Assembly: GCA_964514385.1 (NCBI GenBank)
Contig: CAZEQJ010000011.1
Coordinates: forward strand, 14,295 to 78,294
DNA: 64,000 bases
Direction of reading: 5' to 3'
Source of the DNA: an uncultured Cytophagales bacterium
Lineage (GTDB): Bacteria; Bacteroidota; Bacteroidia; Cytophagales; Cyclobacteriaceae
Below the pieces are notes generated by a model that saw only the letters and a list, made by a program, of their open reading frames with translations, did not search any database and was not told the origin of the DNA. Shown here piece by piece: positions 48,282 through 57,630 of this stretch (position 1 is its first letter; each line of letters opens with the position of its first letter). The position numbers and the translations under genes are program-made.

Positions 48282-48872
48282 ATGAACAGAACTGACTTTG
48301 TCAATGCTGAAGAAAGGAAGAGTCTGATATTAGCAGAGGCGAGGGAGTTATTTATAAATGAAGGCTACGACCAGACGAGCATCAGAAAGATTGCTTCCCG
48401 CATTCAGTATAGCCCTGCATCCATTTATCTTTATTATCGGGATAAAAAAGCAATTTTTAATGATATACTGGACAATGGCTTTTCGGACCTTCATAACCGG
48501 TTTAAAGAAGCACACCACTCTGCTGACCCTTTGGACAAACTACGCACCCTGCTAAATGCTTATTTATCCTTTGCAATTGAAAACCGGGAGCTTTACCGGC
48601 TTACCAGTCAGAATGTAGCAGACCTCTCATCGATAAGCACCCGAATATTTGAAGAATTTAAGAAAGTAGTTGATGAGGGCATAAAACTTAAAGCCATACA
48701 ACGTAAGAACAGCGATGAAGTGGTATATTATATCTGGTCGACTGTGCATGGCTTTGCCCTACTGCTTATCAACGATCAGGTGATGCTGGAAGAAAGTAAA
48801 ATTCAATCATTTAAGGCTAAAATGGTGATGTCGCTTATCAGTTTTCTTAGCCGGGAGTCTATACTAGGCTAA
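48282..48872 (+). CDS. TetR-family transcriptional regulator
   Basis: HTH TSIRKIASRIQYSPASIYLYYRDKKAIF. The internal ATG (MNRTDF...) is preferred over the track start. Confidence 0.85.
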   Translation: MNRTDFVNAEERKSLILAEARELFINEGYDQTSIRKIASRIQYSPASIYLYYRDKKAIFNDILDNGFSDLHNRFKEAHHSADPLDKLRTLLNAYLSFAIENRELYRLTSQNVADLSSISTRIFEEFKKVVDEGIKLKAIQRKNSDEVVYYIWSTVHGFALLLINDQVMLEESKIQSFKAKMVMSLISFLSRESILG

Positions 48873-49627
48873 TGCCGTGAAGCATCACGTATAGCGCGCA
48901 TGGTATTATTGGCATATACGAAGTCATTAAGCTCTTTGCGGTCACTGCTGGTAATATCTTTTGACGTACCTTCCCAAAGCTTGTGACCCTGGTGTAAAAA
49001 CATCACATTGTCACCAATCTGCAATACCGAATTCATGTCATGGGTGACGACAATGGTGGTAATATTAAACTCATAGGTGATCTCCTGAATCAGTTCGTCA
49101 ATAAGAATAGAGGTCTGAGGGTCAAGGCCGGAATTGGGTTCATCGCAAAACAGATAGCGGGAGCTGTTCACAATGGCACGTGCAATGCCTACTCTTTTTT
49201 TCATTCCGCCGCTTATCTCAGAAGGCATCTTATCGTTTACATTTTCAAGTCCCACACGCTGTAAACAGAAATTTACGCGCTCGATCTTTTGCTCCCTCGG
49301 CATACGGGTAAGCACATCAAGTGGAAACATCACATTTTCTTCGACGGTTTTGGAATCAAAAAGTGCCCCACCCTGGAATAGCATACCTATTTCACGACGA
49401 ATATCGGTTTTAACATCTTTGTGGGCATGTGTAAATTCTCTTCCATCGTATTTTACAAGTCCGGTATCAGGTTGCACCAGACCGACAATGCATTTCAACA
49501 GTACACTTTTACCCGTACCACTGCTGCCTATAATGAGATTACATTTACCAGCTTCAAACCTTCCGCTGATGTCATAAAGTACCTGCTTTCCTTTAAAGGA
49601 CTTGGAAATATTTTCAATTTCAATCAT
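48869..49627 (-). CDS. ABC transporter ATP-binding protein, MlaF-like
   Basis: Walker A GSSGTGKS, signature ISGGMKKR, Walker B LFCDEPNSGLD. Overlap-coupled to the MlaE-like permease. Confidence 0.85.
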   Translation of the reverse strand: MIEIENISKSFKGKQVLYDISGRFEAGKCNLIIGSSGTGKSVLLKCIVGLVQPDTGLVKYDGREFTHAHKDVKTDIRREIGMLFQGGALFDSKTVEENVMFPLDVLTRMPREQKIERVNFCLQRVGLENVNDKMPSEISGGMKKRVGIARAIVNSSRYLFCDEPNSGLDPQTSILIDELIQEITYEFNITTIVVTHDMNSVLQIGDNVMFLHQGHKLWEGTSKDITSSDRKELNDFVYANNTMRAIRDASRH

Positions 49628-50361
49628 AACAATAATTGAGCAAGAAGATAATCGGTTACCAATATGGCTATACAGCTATTCGTGACGGCAATAGTACTGG
49701 AACGGCCTACCTCAAGCGCTCCACCCTGCGTATAAAATCCCTGAAAAGAAGCAATGGTACTTACCAGAAAAGCAAAAGCAAAAGATTTGATAATACCGAA
49801 AAACACGTTAAATTCTTTAAATCCATCACGTATACCCATAATATACTCCTGCTCGGTCAGCACCCCTGCCATTGACCCTACTATAAAGCCTCCATAGAGG
49901 GAAAGAAACATTGCCATGATCACCAGCAACGGATACATTATTAAAGCTGCTATCAACTTTGGCAACACAAGATATGAAGTGGCATTTATGCCCATCACCT
50001 CCAATGCGTCAATCTGCTCTGTGATACGCATTGTACCAAGTTCGCCTGCAATATTAGAACCAACCTTACCTGCAAATACAATTGCCGTCACAGTAGGTGC
50101 CAACTCAAGTAAAACGGCGTCACGTACCACCAGTGCAATAACAGACTTGGGAATATAGGGCGCAATCAGGTTATAAGCAGTCTGTAACGTCATTACTGCA
50201 CCCATAAAAAGCGAGATAATGGCTACAATAAATATAGAATTCAGACCGATTTTGCCACATTCAAGCAATATCAGCCGTATGTAGGTACGAAAAGATTCCA
50301 GACGCGTGAAAAGCTGGCCCAGAAACATTATATATTTACCAATGGATTCGATTAATTTCAA
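49624..50361 (-). CDS. ABC transporter permease, MlaE-like
   Basis: 245 aa with multiple TM helices and conserved TEQIDALEVMG. Confidence 0.85.
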   Translation of the reverse strand: MKLIESIGKYIMFLGQLFTRLESFRTYIRLILLECGKIGLNSIFIVAIISLFMGAVMTLQTAYNLIAPYIPKSVIALVVRDAVLLELAPTVTAIVFAGKVGSNIAGELGTMRITEQIDALEVMGINATSYLVLPKLIAALIMYPLLVIMAMFLSLYGGFIVGSMAGVLTEQEYIMGIRDGFKEFNVFFGIIKSFAFAFLVSTIASFQGFYTQGGALEVGRSSTIAVTNSCIAILVTDYLLAQLLL

Positions 50362-50462
50362 AAGAAAGATTTTTGTTGGTTAATGATTTTAACAAAAATA
50401 CGTAAACAAAATTGCAGTCTTAATCGGATTTATCCTAATTTGTTCTCAACCAATATATAGTT

Positions 50463-51167
50463 ATGAATCCATTTGCAATTGTTACCGGAGGGTCGAAAGG
50501 TATAGGAAAAGCAGTCATCAAAGCACTGGCTGCCAGCGGGTTTGATGTCTTGACCTGCGCAAGAAAATTCGCGGATCTTGAGCTGTTAAAAGCTGATATT
50601 GAGCGGGAATTTGGCACCACCCTTTTTATTGAAAAAGCCGACCTGAGCATTCGCTCGGATATTGAAGACTTTTATTCAGCGTTTGAGTCACTGCACCGCC
50701 CTCTGGATGTATTGGTGCATAATGCCGGGACTTTTGCACCCGGATCTATCCTGGAAGAAGAAATTGGCGTGTTTGAGCAGCTTATGGATACCAACATTGC
50801 CAGCGCCTATCATTTAAGCCGCAGGTTTATTCCACATATGGTCAGGAGAAAAAGCGGTCACGTGTTTACCATATGCTCTACAGCCAGTATTATGGGATAC
50901 CCGAACGGTGGCTCATATTGTATATCGAAACATGCGCTGTTAGGGCTCAGCAGGGTTTTGCGGGAAGAACTGAAACCACATAATATCCGCGTGACGGCTA
51001 TACTACCGGGAGCCACTTACACCCAAAGCTGGGAAGCATCAGGTTTGCCGGAAGAGCGCTTCATGAAAGCTGAAGACGTAGCGGAAGCGTTAATATCTGC
51101 ATATGCGCTTTCGCCAGGAGCAGTAGCCGAAGAAATATTATTGCGACCAATGCAGGGTGATATTTAG
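50463..51167 (+). CDS. short-chain dehydrogenase/reductase (SDR)
   Basis: Cofactor motif VTGGSKGIGKA, NAG, and catalytic YCISK. Confidence 0.85.
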   Translation: MNPFAIVTGGSKGIGKAVIKALAASGFDVLTCARKFADLELLKADIEREFGTTLFIEKADLSIRSDIEDFYSAFESLHRPLDVLVHNAGTFAPGSILEEEIGVFEQLMDTNIASAYHLSRRFIPHMVRRKSGHVFTICSTASIMGYPNGGSYCISKHALLGLSRVLREELKPHNIRVTAILPGATYTQSWEASGLPEERFMKAEDVAEALISAYALSPGAVAEEILLRPMQGDI

Positions 51168-51227
51168 TATTCATTCCCAACATTTGGTAGTCATTAAATG
51201 TTAACGAAGCAACGCTTTTGATACATC

Positions 51228-53189
51228 ATGATCACAAAAGAAATCGATACATTAAAAAAGTACTGTAACAGTCTGGTTGCCTACGACAGAAGAAAATCTG
51301 TAGAGGTAAATATCGGATGGATTCCTCTCGGTGGAAACTACCCGATCCGGGTTCAATCTATGACCACCGTAGACACCATGGATACAGAAGGATCAATAGC
51401 GCAATCCATACGGATGGCGGAAGCTGGCTGTGAGTACATCCGAATTACGGCACCCAGTATCAAGGAAGCTGAGAATCTGCGAAATATACGTGAGGGCCTG
51501 CGCAAAAGAGGCTATGATGTACCCCTTATCGCGGATATTCATTTTACACCCAATGCTGCAGAGCTGGCAGCCCGAATTGTGGAGAAAGTACGTATCAACC
51601 CGGGTAACTATGCTGATAAAAAGAAATTTGAAATTATTGAGTACAGCGATGCTCAATATCAGGGCGAGCTCGACAGGATCCGTGAAAAATTCCTTCCTCT
51701 GGTAAAAATCTGTAAGGAGTATGGTACTGCCATGCGTATCGGTACAAACCATGGCTCATTGTCAGATCGGATCATGAGCAGGTATGGCGATACACCGCTG
51801 GGTATGGTGGAGTCAGCGCTGGAATTTTTAAGGATCACACATGATGAAGGCTATCATAATATCGTACTTTCCATGAAAGCTTCCAACACGCAGGTGATGG
51901 TACAGGCCTATCGATTGCTCGTTCAAAAGCTGGAAGAAGAAGGTTTCCCGCCCTACCCTCTTCATCTGGGTGTAACAGAGGCAGGAGAGGCGGAAGACGG
52001 TCGCATAAAGTCTGCCGTAGGTATAGGCACCCTGCTGGAAGATGGCCTCGGCGATACCGTAAGAGTTTCACTTACAGAAGAGCCTGAATTTGAAGCACCG
52101 GTAGCAGCCACCCTTATCAACCGGTATGCCGACCGATTACCTCACAACAATATACCGGAAATCACAGAAAGCCCAGTAGACCCGTTCACCTATAACCGAA
52201 GAAGCACCACAGAAGTATTTAACTTTGGCCATGAAAATGTGCCGCGCGTAATCGCTGATCTGACCCATGTAAAAATAAGCGATTGGAAAGATCTGAAGGC
52301 GATTGGCCATTTTTATCTTCCCGAGCTGGATAAATGGAGCATGAATGATACCGGAGTTGATTTTATCTATACCGGTAACAATCCAGTTGATTTTATGCTG
52401 CCTAACGGGTTGCGTGAAATTATGGATTATGAAATCTGGCTGAAACATCAGGAGCGCAATAATGCTTATCCGATGATATCTGCCAACCAACTGAAAGAAG
52501 ATCTTCATCCGGTATTGAACTTTCTGGAACTTTCCACTTCGGAGTCATATGATATACTGGACGACCTTAAAAATATTTCCAACATTGTATTACTGCTGAA
52601 AACAAATAACAGACACGCTATGGCAGACCTCAGAAGGGTCTTCTTTGAGCTGGTAAAAAGAGGAATTAATCTCCCGGTAGTAATACGTAGAGAATATCAT
52701 GATCTGAGTTACGATCAGCTGCAACTGTTTGCGTCCACTGATGCAGGAGGATTGCTTATAGACGGTTTTGGAGATGGAATTATGCTGACTTATGCAGCAA
52801 ATAACACCTGGGATAACGTAAAAATGACAAATGCACTGGCCTTTGGCATACTTCAGGCTGCACGTACCCGGATTACGAAAACAGAATATATCTCATGCCC
52901 TTCCTGTGGTCGCACATTATTTGACCTGCAGGAGACCACAGCCATGATCAGAAAAAGAACCGATCACCTTAAGGGAATTAAAATCGGAATTATGGGTTGT
53001 ATAGTAAACGGACCCGGCGAGATGGCCGACGCAGACTACGGATATGTAGGAAGCGGAAAGGGTAAAATCACATTATACAAAGGAAAAGATGTAGTAAAGC
53101 GCTCCATACCCTCAGAGAAAGCACTTGACGAGCTTATTGAGATCATACGGGAAGATGGTAACTGGGTGGAGCCGGAAAAAGTACAATAA
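51228..53189 (+). CDS. ispG: 4-hydroxy-3-methylbut-2-enyl diphosphate synthase, long form with an inserted domain
   Basis: TIM-barrel N-terminal domain and C-terminal Fe-S motifs SCPSCGRT and GCIVNGPGE. The 653-aa length implies a central insertion of about 270 aa. Confidence 0.92.
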   Translation: MITKEIDTLKKYCNSLVAYDRRKSVEVNIGWIPLGGNYPIRVQSMTTVDTMDTEGSIAQSIRMAEAGCEYIRITAPSIKEAENLRNIREGLRKRGYDVPLIADIHFTPNAAELAARIVEKVRINPGNYADKKKFEIIEYSDAQYQGELDRIREKFLPLVKICKEYGTAMRIGTNHGSLSDRIMSRYGDTPLGMVESALEFLRITHDEGYHNIVLSMKASNTQVMVQAYRLLVQKLEEEGFPPYPLHLGVTEAGEAEDGRIKSAVGIGTLLEDGLGDTVRVSLTEEPEFEAPVAATLINRYADRLPHNNIPEITESPVDPFTYNRRSTTEVFNFGHENVPRVIADLTHVKISDWKDLKAIGHFYLPELDKWSMNDTGVDFIYTGNNPVDFMLPNGLREIMDYEIWLKHQERNNAYPMISANQLKEDLHPVLNFLELSTSESYDILDDLKNISNIVLLLKTNNRHAMADLRRVFFELVKRGINLPVVIRREYHDLSYDQLQLFASTDAGGLLIDGFGDGIMLTYAANNTWDNVKMTNALAFGILQAARTRITKTEYISCPSCGRTLFDLQETTAMIRKRTDHLKGIKIGIMGCIVNGPGEMADADYGYVGSGKGKITLYKGKDVVKRSIPSEKALDELIEIIREDGNWVEPEKVQ

Positions 53190-53401
53190 TGGCAACGCAA
53201 CAAGAAGACAACAGAGATAAAAATTCACTGAAAGATTATTTCAGACTGGGTGAGGTATTTGGATACTGGTTTCGTAAAAAAGATGAAAACAGGCCCTCCA
53301 ACTTCAATATCAGAACCATGCATACCATTAATAAGATATCGATGGTTATGTTTCTGGTGTGCGTGATCGTGATCGTTGTGCGCGCTATACTTCGTGCATG
53401 A
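53189..53401 (+). CDS. small tail-anchored membrane protein coupled to ispG
   Basis: TAATG overlap with the ispG stop. Basic N-terminal part and one C-terminal TM helix (ISMVMFLVCVIVIVV). Confidence 0.5.
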   Translation: MATQQEDNRDKNSLKDYFRLGEVFGYWFRKKDENRPSNFNIRTMHTINKISMVMFLVCVIVIVVRAILRA

Positions 53402-53751
53402 ATATTGAGGATTTCCGATCCTATTGTTTCAGTCTGCCCGGAGTGACGGAGGATACCCCATTTGATGAAACTACACTCGCCATGCGTATGGAAAACAAAA
53501 TATTCGCCCTGACGGATATAGATAATTTCGCATTTATCAACCTGAAATGTGACCCGGAAAAGGCTGTCGAACTCCGGGATACCTACGTAGAGATTCAGCC
53601 CGGCTATCATATGAATAAGCGATCATGGAATTCTGTCTATGTTACCGGATCGTTATCAGATGCATTGATTGAGGAACTCATCAGCGATAGCTATTACCTT
53701 ATCTTTAACAGCCTTTCCAAAAAAGTAAAAGAGAAAATCATCTCAGGTTAA
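53398..53751 (+). CDS. MmcQ/YjbR-family protein
   Basis: MNIEDFRSYCFSLPGVTEDTPFDE...NKIFAL is typical of YjbR. ATGA overlap with the preceding ORF. Confidence 0.75.
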   Translation: MNIEDFRSYCFSLPGVTEDTPFDETTLAMRMENKIFALTDIDNFAFINLKCDPEKAVELRDTYVEIQPGYHMNKRSWNSVYVTGSLSDALIEELISDSYYLIFNSLSKKVKEKIISG

Positions 53752-53788
53752 TGGAAATCCTTATTTTTGTGCAAACTGTAGTTATTCT

Positions 53789-54415
53789 ATGAAGAATTTA
53801 GCTGTTTATCTTCTTCTCATTTTACTTTTCGTTATCAGTTGTACAGAGACACGCAACGTGACGGTATTCACGGAGGATCAACTAGAAATGATCTTTGATG
53901 CGGACAGCAGCTTGCCAATGCGTGTCTATAAAATCACGAATAAAGACGATTCTGTACTGTTGCGCACCAAAAGCGAAGATGTCATCATTGATCCTGCCGA
54001 CACCACGCTGTCTTATTTCGTCAACAGGCTTTACAAAACTGTTACCGACAGCATGTCGCTTGGCGTTGGCATCGCAGCACCACAGGTAGGCATATTGAAA
54101 AATATTATTTGGGTGCAACGCCTTGACAAAGAAAACCTGCCCTGGGAAGTTTACCTCAACCCAAGAATCACACAATACTCTGAACTCAAGCAAACACAGC
54201 GCGAAGGTTGCTTATCCATTCCGGACAGACTTGACACTCTCGACTCACGAGCTTACGCAATACTGATCGAATATGATAAAATAGATGGCAGCCATCATAC
54301 AGAAATGGTAGAGGGGTTTACCGCCGTAATATTTCAGCACGAGATTGATCACCTCAATGGTATCCTTTACATCGATCATCTGGAACAGGAGATGAGAGAT
54401 GCACTAAATATGTAA
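53789..54415 (+). CDS. def: peptide deformylase homolog with an N-terminal lipoprotein signal
   Basis: All three PDF motifs are present: GVGIAAPQVG, EGCLSIP and HEIDHLNG. The N-terminus MKNLAVYLLLILLFVISC is a signal peptide with a lipobox. Confidence 0.8.
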   Translation: MKNLAVYLLLILLFVISCTETRNVTVFTEDQLEMIFDADSSLPMRVYKITNKDDSVLLRTKSEDVIIDPADTTLSYFVNRLYKTVTDSMSLGVGIAAPQVGILKNIIWVQRLDKENLPWEVYLNPRITQYSELKQTQREGCLSIPDRLDTLDSRAYAILIEYDKIDGSHHTEMVEGFTAVIFQHEIDHLNGILYIDHLEQEMRDALNM

Positions 54416-55180
54416 TCAACCCAAGGCTGCTCTCACTGCTTTTTTATACGTTCGGCCAATGGGGAGTTCAAGCTCTCCGATCGAGATTGATTCGCTATGA
54501 TAACCTGTGATTTTGGATGTATTGATAAGGAATGACCGGTGGGTTCGCAGAAACCGTGTATCGAGCCGTGCTTCCAGATGACTAATCTTCTCACGTGTAA
54601 TAAACGCATTACCATTTGTGTATATATGGACATAATCGGACAAGCTCTCGATATAGATAATGTCTTCAATGTTTACAGGGATATTTTTGCGGTCTACTTT
54701 AATATTTAAAACCGACACTGCATGCTTGTTTATTTTTTCAAGTAAGTCGTCCAGCTCTTTATGGGTGGCCATATATTGAACATAGAGCTTGATCAAACTG
54801 AAAATGGCTACCGCCAGATACATCATTACCGATACTTTAAAGACATCTACAGATATCGGATTGAGATTATTGTATTGATAATTCGCAAAAAGCACAAAGG
54901 CTCCTGTCTGTACTAAAAACTGGATATAAATTGAAATGATAAATGTATATGTCAGGTATAGTATCAGTTTAGAGAAACGCTGCTGAAAAAGATATTTTGG
55001 AAAAAGAACCTCACTTATGAAATAAGCTGTGACCAAGGTGACAGGTAAAAGCATGCATACAAAATAAAGCGATTGCATAAAATCGCTGTTTTCCCATCCG
55101 AATACAATGGTAAAAAGCAGACCAACAAATGACCAGTAAAGAAATTGTACAGCGGGTTTCATGGTGACAAAAATTGCCAA
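54416..55180 (-). CDS. membrane-anchored LytTR-domain DNA-binding protein
   Basis: About 4 N-terminal TM helices. C-terminal LytTR block IIYIESLSDYVHIYT...FLRTHRSFLIN. Confidence 0.8.
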   Translation of the reverse strand: MAIFVTMKPAVQFLYWSFVGLLFTIVFGWENSDFMQSLYFVCMLLPVTLVTAYFISEVLFPKYLFQQRFSKLILYLTYTFIISIYIQFLVQTGAFVLFANYQYNNLNPISVDVFKVSVMMYLAVAIFSLIKLYVQYMATHKELDDLLEKINKHAVSVLNIKVDRKNIPVNIEDIIYIESLSDYVHIYTNGNAFITREKISHLEARLDTRFLRTHRSFLINTSKITGYHSESISIGELELPIGRTYKKAVRAALG

Positions 55181-55289
55181 TATTTATTAGAAACAAAGTT
55201 TTTATCGACAAACTGCAGATTTAGCACCGTATATGACCTTGTGAAATGGTCGATATCCGTGGAGATTTGTGACATCACTAAATAAAAAA

Positions 55290-55640
55290 ATGATGTTCAA
55301 TTTATTCTACATGGGTGGACCTCTTTTTATGAGTATCCTTACCCTCATTCTTATTGCTGTTATTATATTATTTATCGGAGCATGGCTCAGAAAAACAACA
55401 GGTGAGCTGATAAAGGAAGCCGGGTTACTCGGTCTCGTAATTGGTATTCTGGGGCAATTAATCGGACTGTTTTCAGCTTTTCAGGGAATTGAAACCATGG
55501 GAAATGTATCCCCTGCCATGTTGGCCGGTGGCCTGAAGGTATCCATGATTACCACAGTATATGGCATGCTGATATATATTATCGCACTGATACTTTGGTT
55601 TGTAGTGAAAGCAAGGTCAGTGAATGAGAGCGGTGAATAA
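55290..55640 (+). CDS. minimal MotA/TolQ/ExbB-family proton-channel-like protein
   Basis: Three TM helices, with the conserved C-terminal pair (GLLGLVIGILGQLIGLFSAF...GGLKVSMITTVYGMLI) resembling the ExbB/TolQ channel core. No ExbD or TonB is adjacent. Confidence 0.65.
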   Translation: MMFNLFYMGGPLFMSILTLILIAVIILFIGAWLRKTTGELIKEAGLLGLVIGILGQLIGLFSAFQGIETMGNVSPAMLAGGLKVSMITTVYGMLIYIIALILWFVVKARSVNESGE

Positions 55641-55653
55641 CCGCTCTTTTTTT
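55627..55653 (+). terminator. rho-independent terminator
   Basis: Stem AGAGCGG, loop TGAATAA (contains the stop codon), stem CCGCTCT, followed by TTTTTT. Confidence 0.7.
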
Positions 55654-55669
55654 ATCCTTCCACTTCAAA

Positions 55670-56311
55670 TCAAATATTAAGTATATCCTGTACGACGGGT
55701 TTTAATCCGCTAAAAAAGAATTCAACAGCGATTACCATAACGATCAAACCCATCAATCGCATTAGCACGTTGTTGCCTGTAGTACCCAGTAGCCTGATGA
55801 TGCGACTTGAACTGTAAAGTATGAGGAAGGTGAGACCGATTACAACAATTAAAACAAGTAAAAGGGTGATTTTTTCGCCAATATTTTCTGCATCCTCCAT
55901 CAATATAATCGAATTCGTGATAGCTCCGGGTCCGCTGATCATGGGTATTGCCAATGGCGTTATGGAAATATCATCGACATAAGTCTTTATCTCCGAGTCC
56001 TTTACTTTTACCCTACCCAAACGAGCCTGCAGCATATCCATTCCCATAAGGAAAAATATTATGCCACCTACAATACGAAGGCCATTGACTGAAATCCCAA
56101 AAAAACTAAACAGTAACTGACCGGTAAAAGCAAAAAATATCAGGGTGATGAGGGCAACAAGGCTTGCTTTCCAGGCCGTTTTTGTTCGATGACTGGTGTC
56201 AAGTTCGGCCGTCATCGTCATAAATACAGGCATTGTTCCCAGCGGGTTGATCAGTGTAAAAAAAGAAGTAAAAGCCAGCAGGCCAAAAGAAAAAAGATCT
56301 GACATTATCAT
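55670..56311 (-). CDS. MarC-family (UPF0056) integral membrane protein
   Basis: N-terminal FTSFFTLINPLGTMPVF signature and 6 TM helices. Confidence 0.85.
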   Translation of the reverse strand: MIMSDLFSFGLLAFTSFFTLINPLGTMPVFMTMTAELDTSHRTKTAWKASLVALITLIFFAFTGQLLFSFFGISVNGLRIVGGIIFFLMGMDMLQARLGRVKVKDSEIKTYVDDISITPLAIPMISGPGAITNSIILMEDAENIGEKITLLLVLIVVIGLTFLILYSSSRIIRLLGTTGNNVLMRLMGLIVMVIAVEFFFSGLKPVVQDILNI

Positions 56312-56358
56312 TAGAAATTTGGGCCGAAATAATACATTCCTATTTAATAATCAACAGA

Positions 56359-57474
56359 TTATCTCCCATACTTTTTAATAATTTCTAGTACTTCTTTTTT
56401 TGGAATTGCTTCGATTTTATGCCCTTCATAGCCTGTCATAGTTTCAGCAGCAAACAGGGAGTTGTAAATGGCTTCCTCAGTCGCTTCTATCACTGCCAGA
56501 AATAATGGCGACATCGCATCATTACGCAGGTATTGACTTCGGGCAAGATCCTCATCCGATTGATAAGAAATAAAATTCTCACTGGCAGTAGAAAAAGCGA
56601 TGACATAATCACCACTCCCATTAGAGGCAATCCCTCCTGTTTTTGCTAACCCCATGATCGCACGCCTGGCCAATCTTTCCAGGTTTCGGGAGTCAAGCGG
56701 TGCATCGGTCGCTACTATAATCATACAAGAACCATCTTCCTGATTTCGGAGCTGATTTTGAAATGGATATCTGCCAAGCTCTTCACCAGCCGGTACTCCG
56801 GCAATCTGCAGTACCCCGCCAAAATTGGTTTGAACCAGCACTCCAACCGTATAAGCCCCGAGTTCTTCCGGCAGAAGCCGTGAACTTGTACCTATTCCCC
56901 CCTTAAAGCCAAAGCATACCGTTCCGGTCCCGGCACCTACATTCCCTTCTTGCACCGATTGATCTGCTGACCTAATTGCCTGAAAAACATGTTCTTCTGT
57001 CACATGCCTGCCTCTGATGTCATTTAGCCAACCGTCATTGGTTTCTCCTACTACCGCATTCACTGAGCGAACATCCTGATTATCTTTCTGATCAAGCGTA
57101 TAGGATATCAATGCATTTACTGCTGTAGCAACGCTTAAAGTATTGGTGAGAATGATTGGTGTTTCCAGATTGCCCAGCTCAGCTACCTGTGTGGAGCCCG
57201 CTAGTTTACCGAATCCATTTCCAACATACAGAGCAGCTGGTACTTTTTGCTGGAAAATATTCCCCGGATGTGGGATAATCGCAGTAACTCCCGTTCTGAT
57301 ATTCTCTCCTTCGATTACTGTTTGATGGCCTACCAGCACATTTCCGACATCGGTAATCGAATTCTGTTGGCCTGTTTGCAATACACCAACCTTGATACCA
57401 ATATCTCGTGCACGTTGTGAATATGAGAGGTTTACAGTCAAAGTACAGAAAATAAAAAAGCAAATGGTTTTCAT
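56359..57474 (-). CDS. P1-family (DmpA/S58-type) aminopeptidase, secreted
   Basis: Signal peptide. Conserved TGVTAII and GTGTVCFGFKGGIGTSS autoprocessing region. Confidence 0.75.
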   Translation of the reverse strand: MKTICFFIFCTLTVNLSYSQRARDIGIKVGVLQTGQQNSITDVGNVLVGHQTVIEGENIRTGVTAIIPHPGNIFQQKVPAALYVGNGFGKLAGSTQVAELGNLETPIILTNTLSVATAVNALISYTLDQKDNQDVRSVNAVVGETNDGWLNDIRGRHVTEEHVFQAIRSADQSVQEGNVGAGTGTVCFGFKGGIGTSSRLLPEELGAYTVGVLVQTNFGGVLQIAGVPAGEELGRYPFQNQLRNQEDGSCMIIVATDAPLDSRNLERLARRAIMGLAKTGGIASNGSGDYVIAFSTASENFISYQSDEDLARSQYLRNDAMSPLFLAVIEATEEAIYNSLFAAETMTGYEGHKIEAIPKKEVLEIIKKYGR

Positions 57475-57573
57475 TGGTTAAAAATAAAAAACCTGGCCAG
57501 ATATATTGTTTTACTTATGATGTTATTGAAGAAATTCAGCAAAGAGTCATATTCTGTTCAAATGTTGCAGGCA

Positions 57574-57602
57574 TAAAAAAAGGAAGACCAACTGGCCTTC
57601 CT
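57574..57602 (-). terminator. rho-independent terminator of pckG
   Basis: On the minus strand: stem AGGAAGGCC, loop AGTT, stem GGTCTTCCT (one G-U pair), followed by TTTTTTT. It lies 29 nt past the stop. Confidence 0.75.
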
Positions 57603-57630
57603 TTATCTAAACCTCAATTTTAATTATGGG

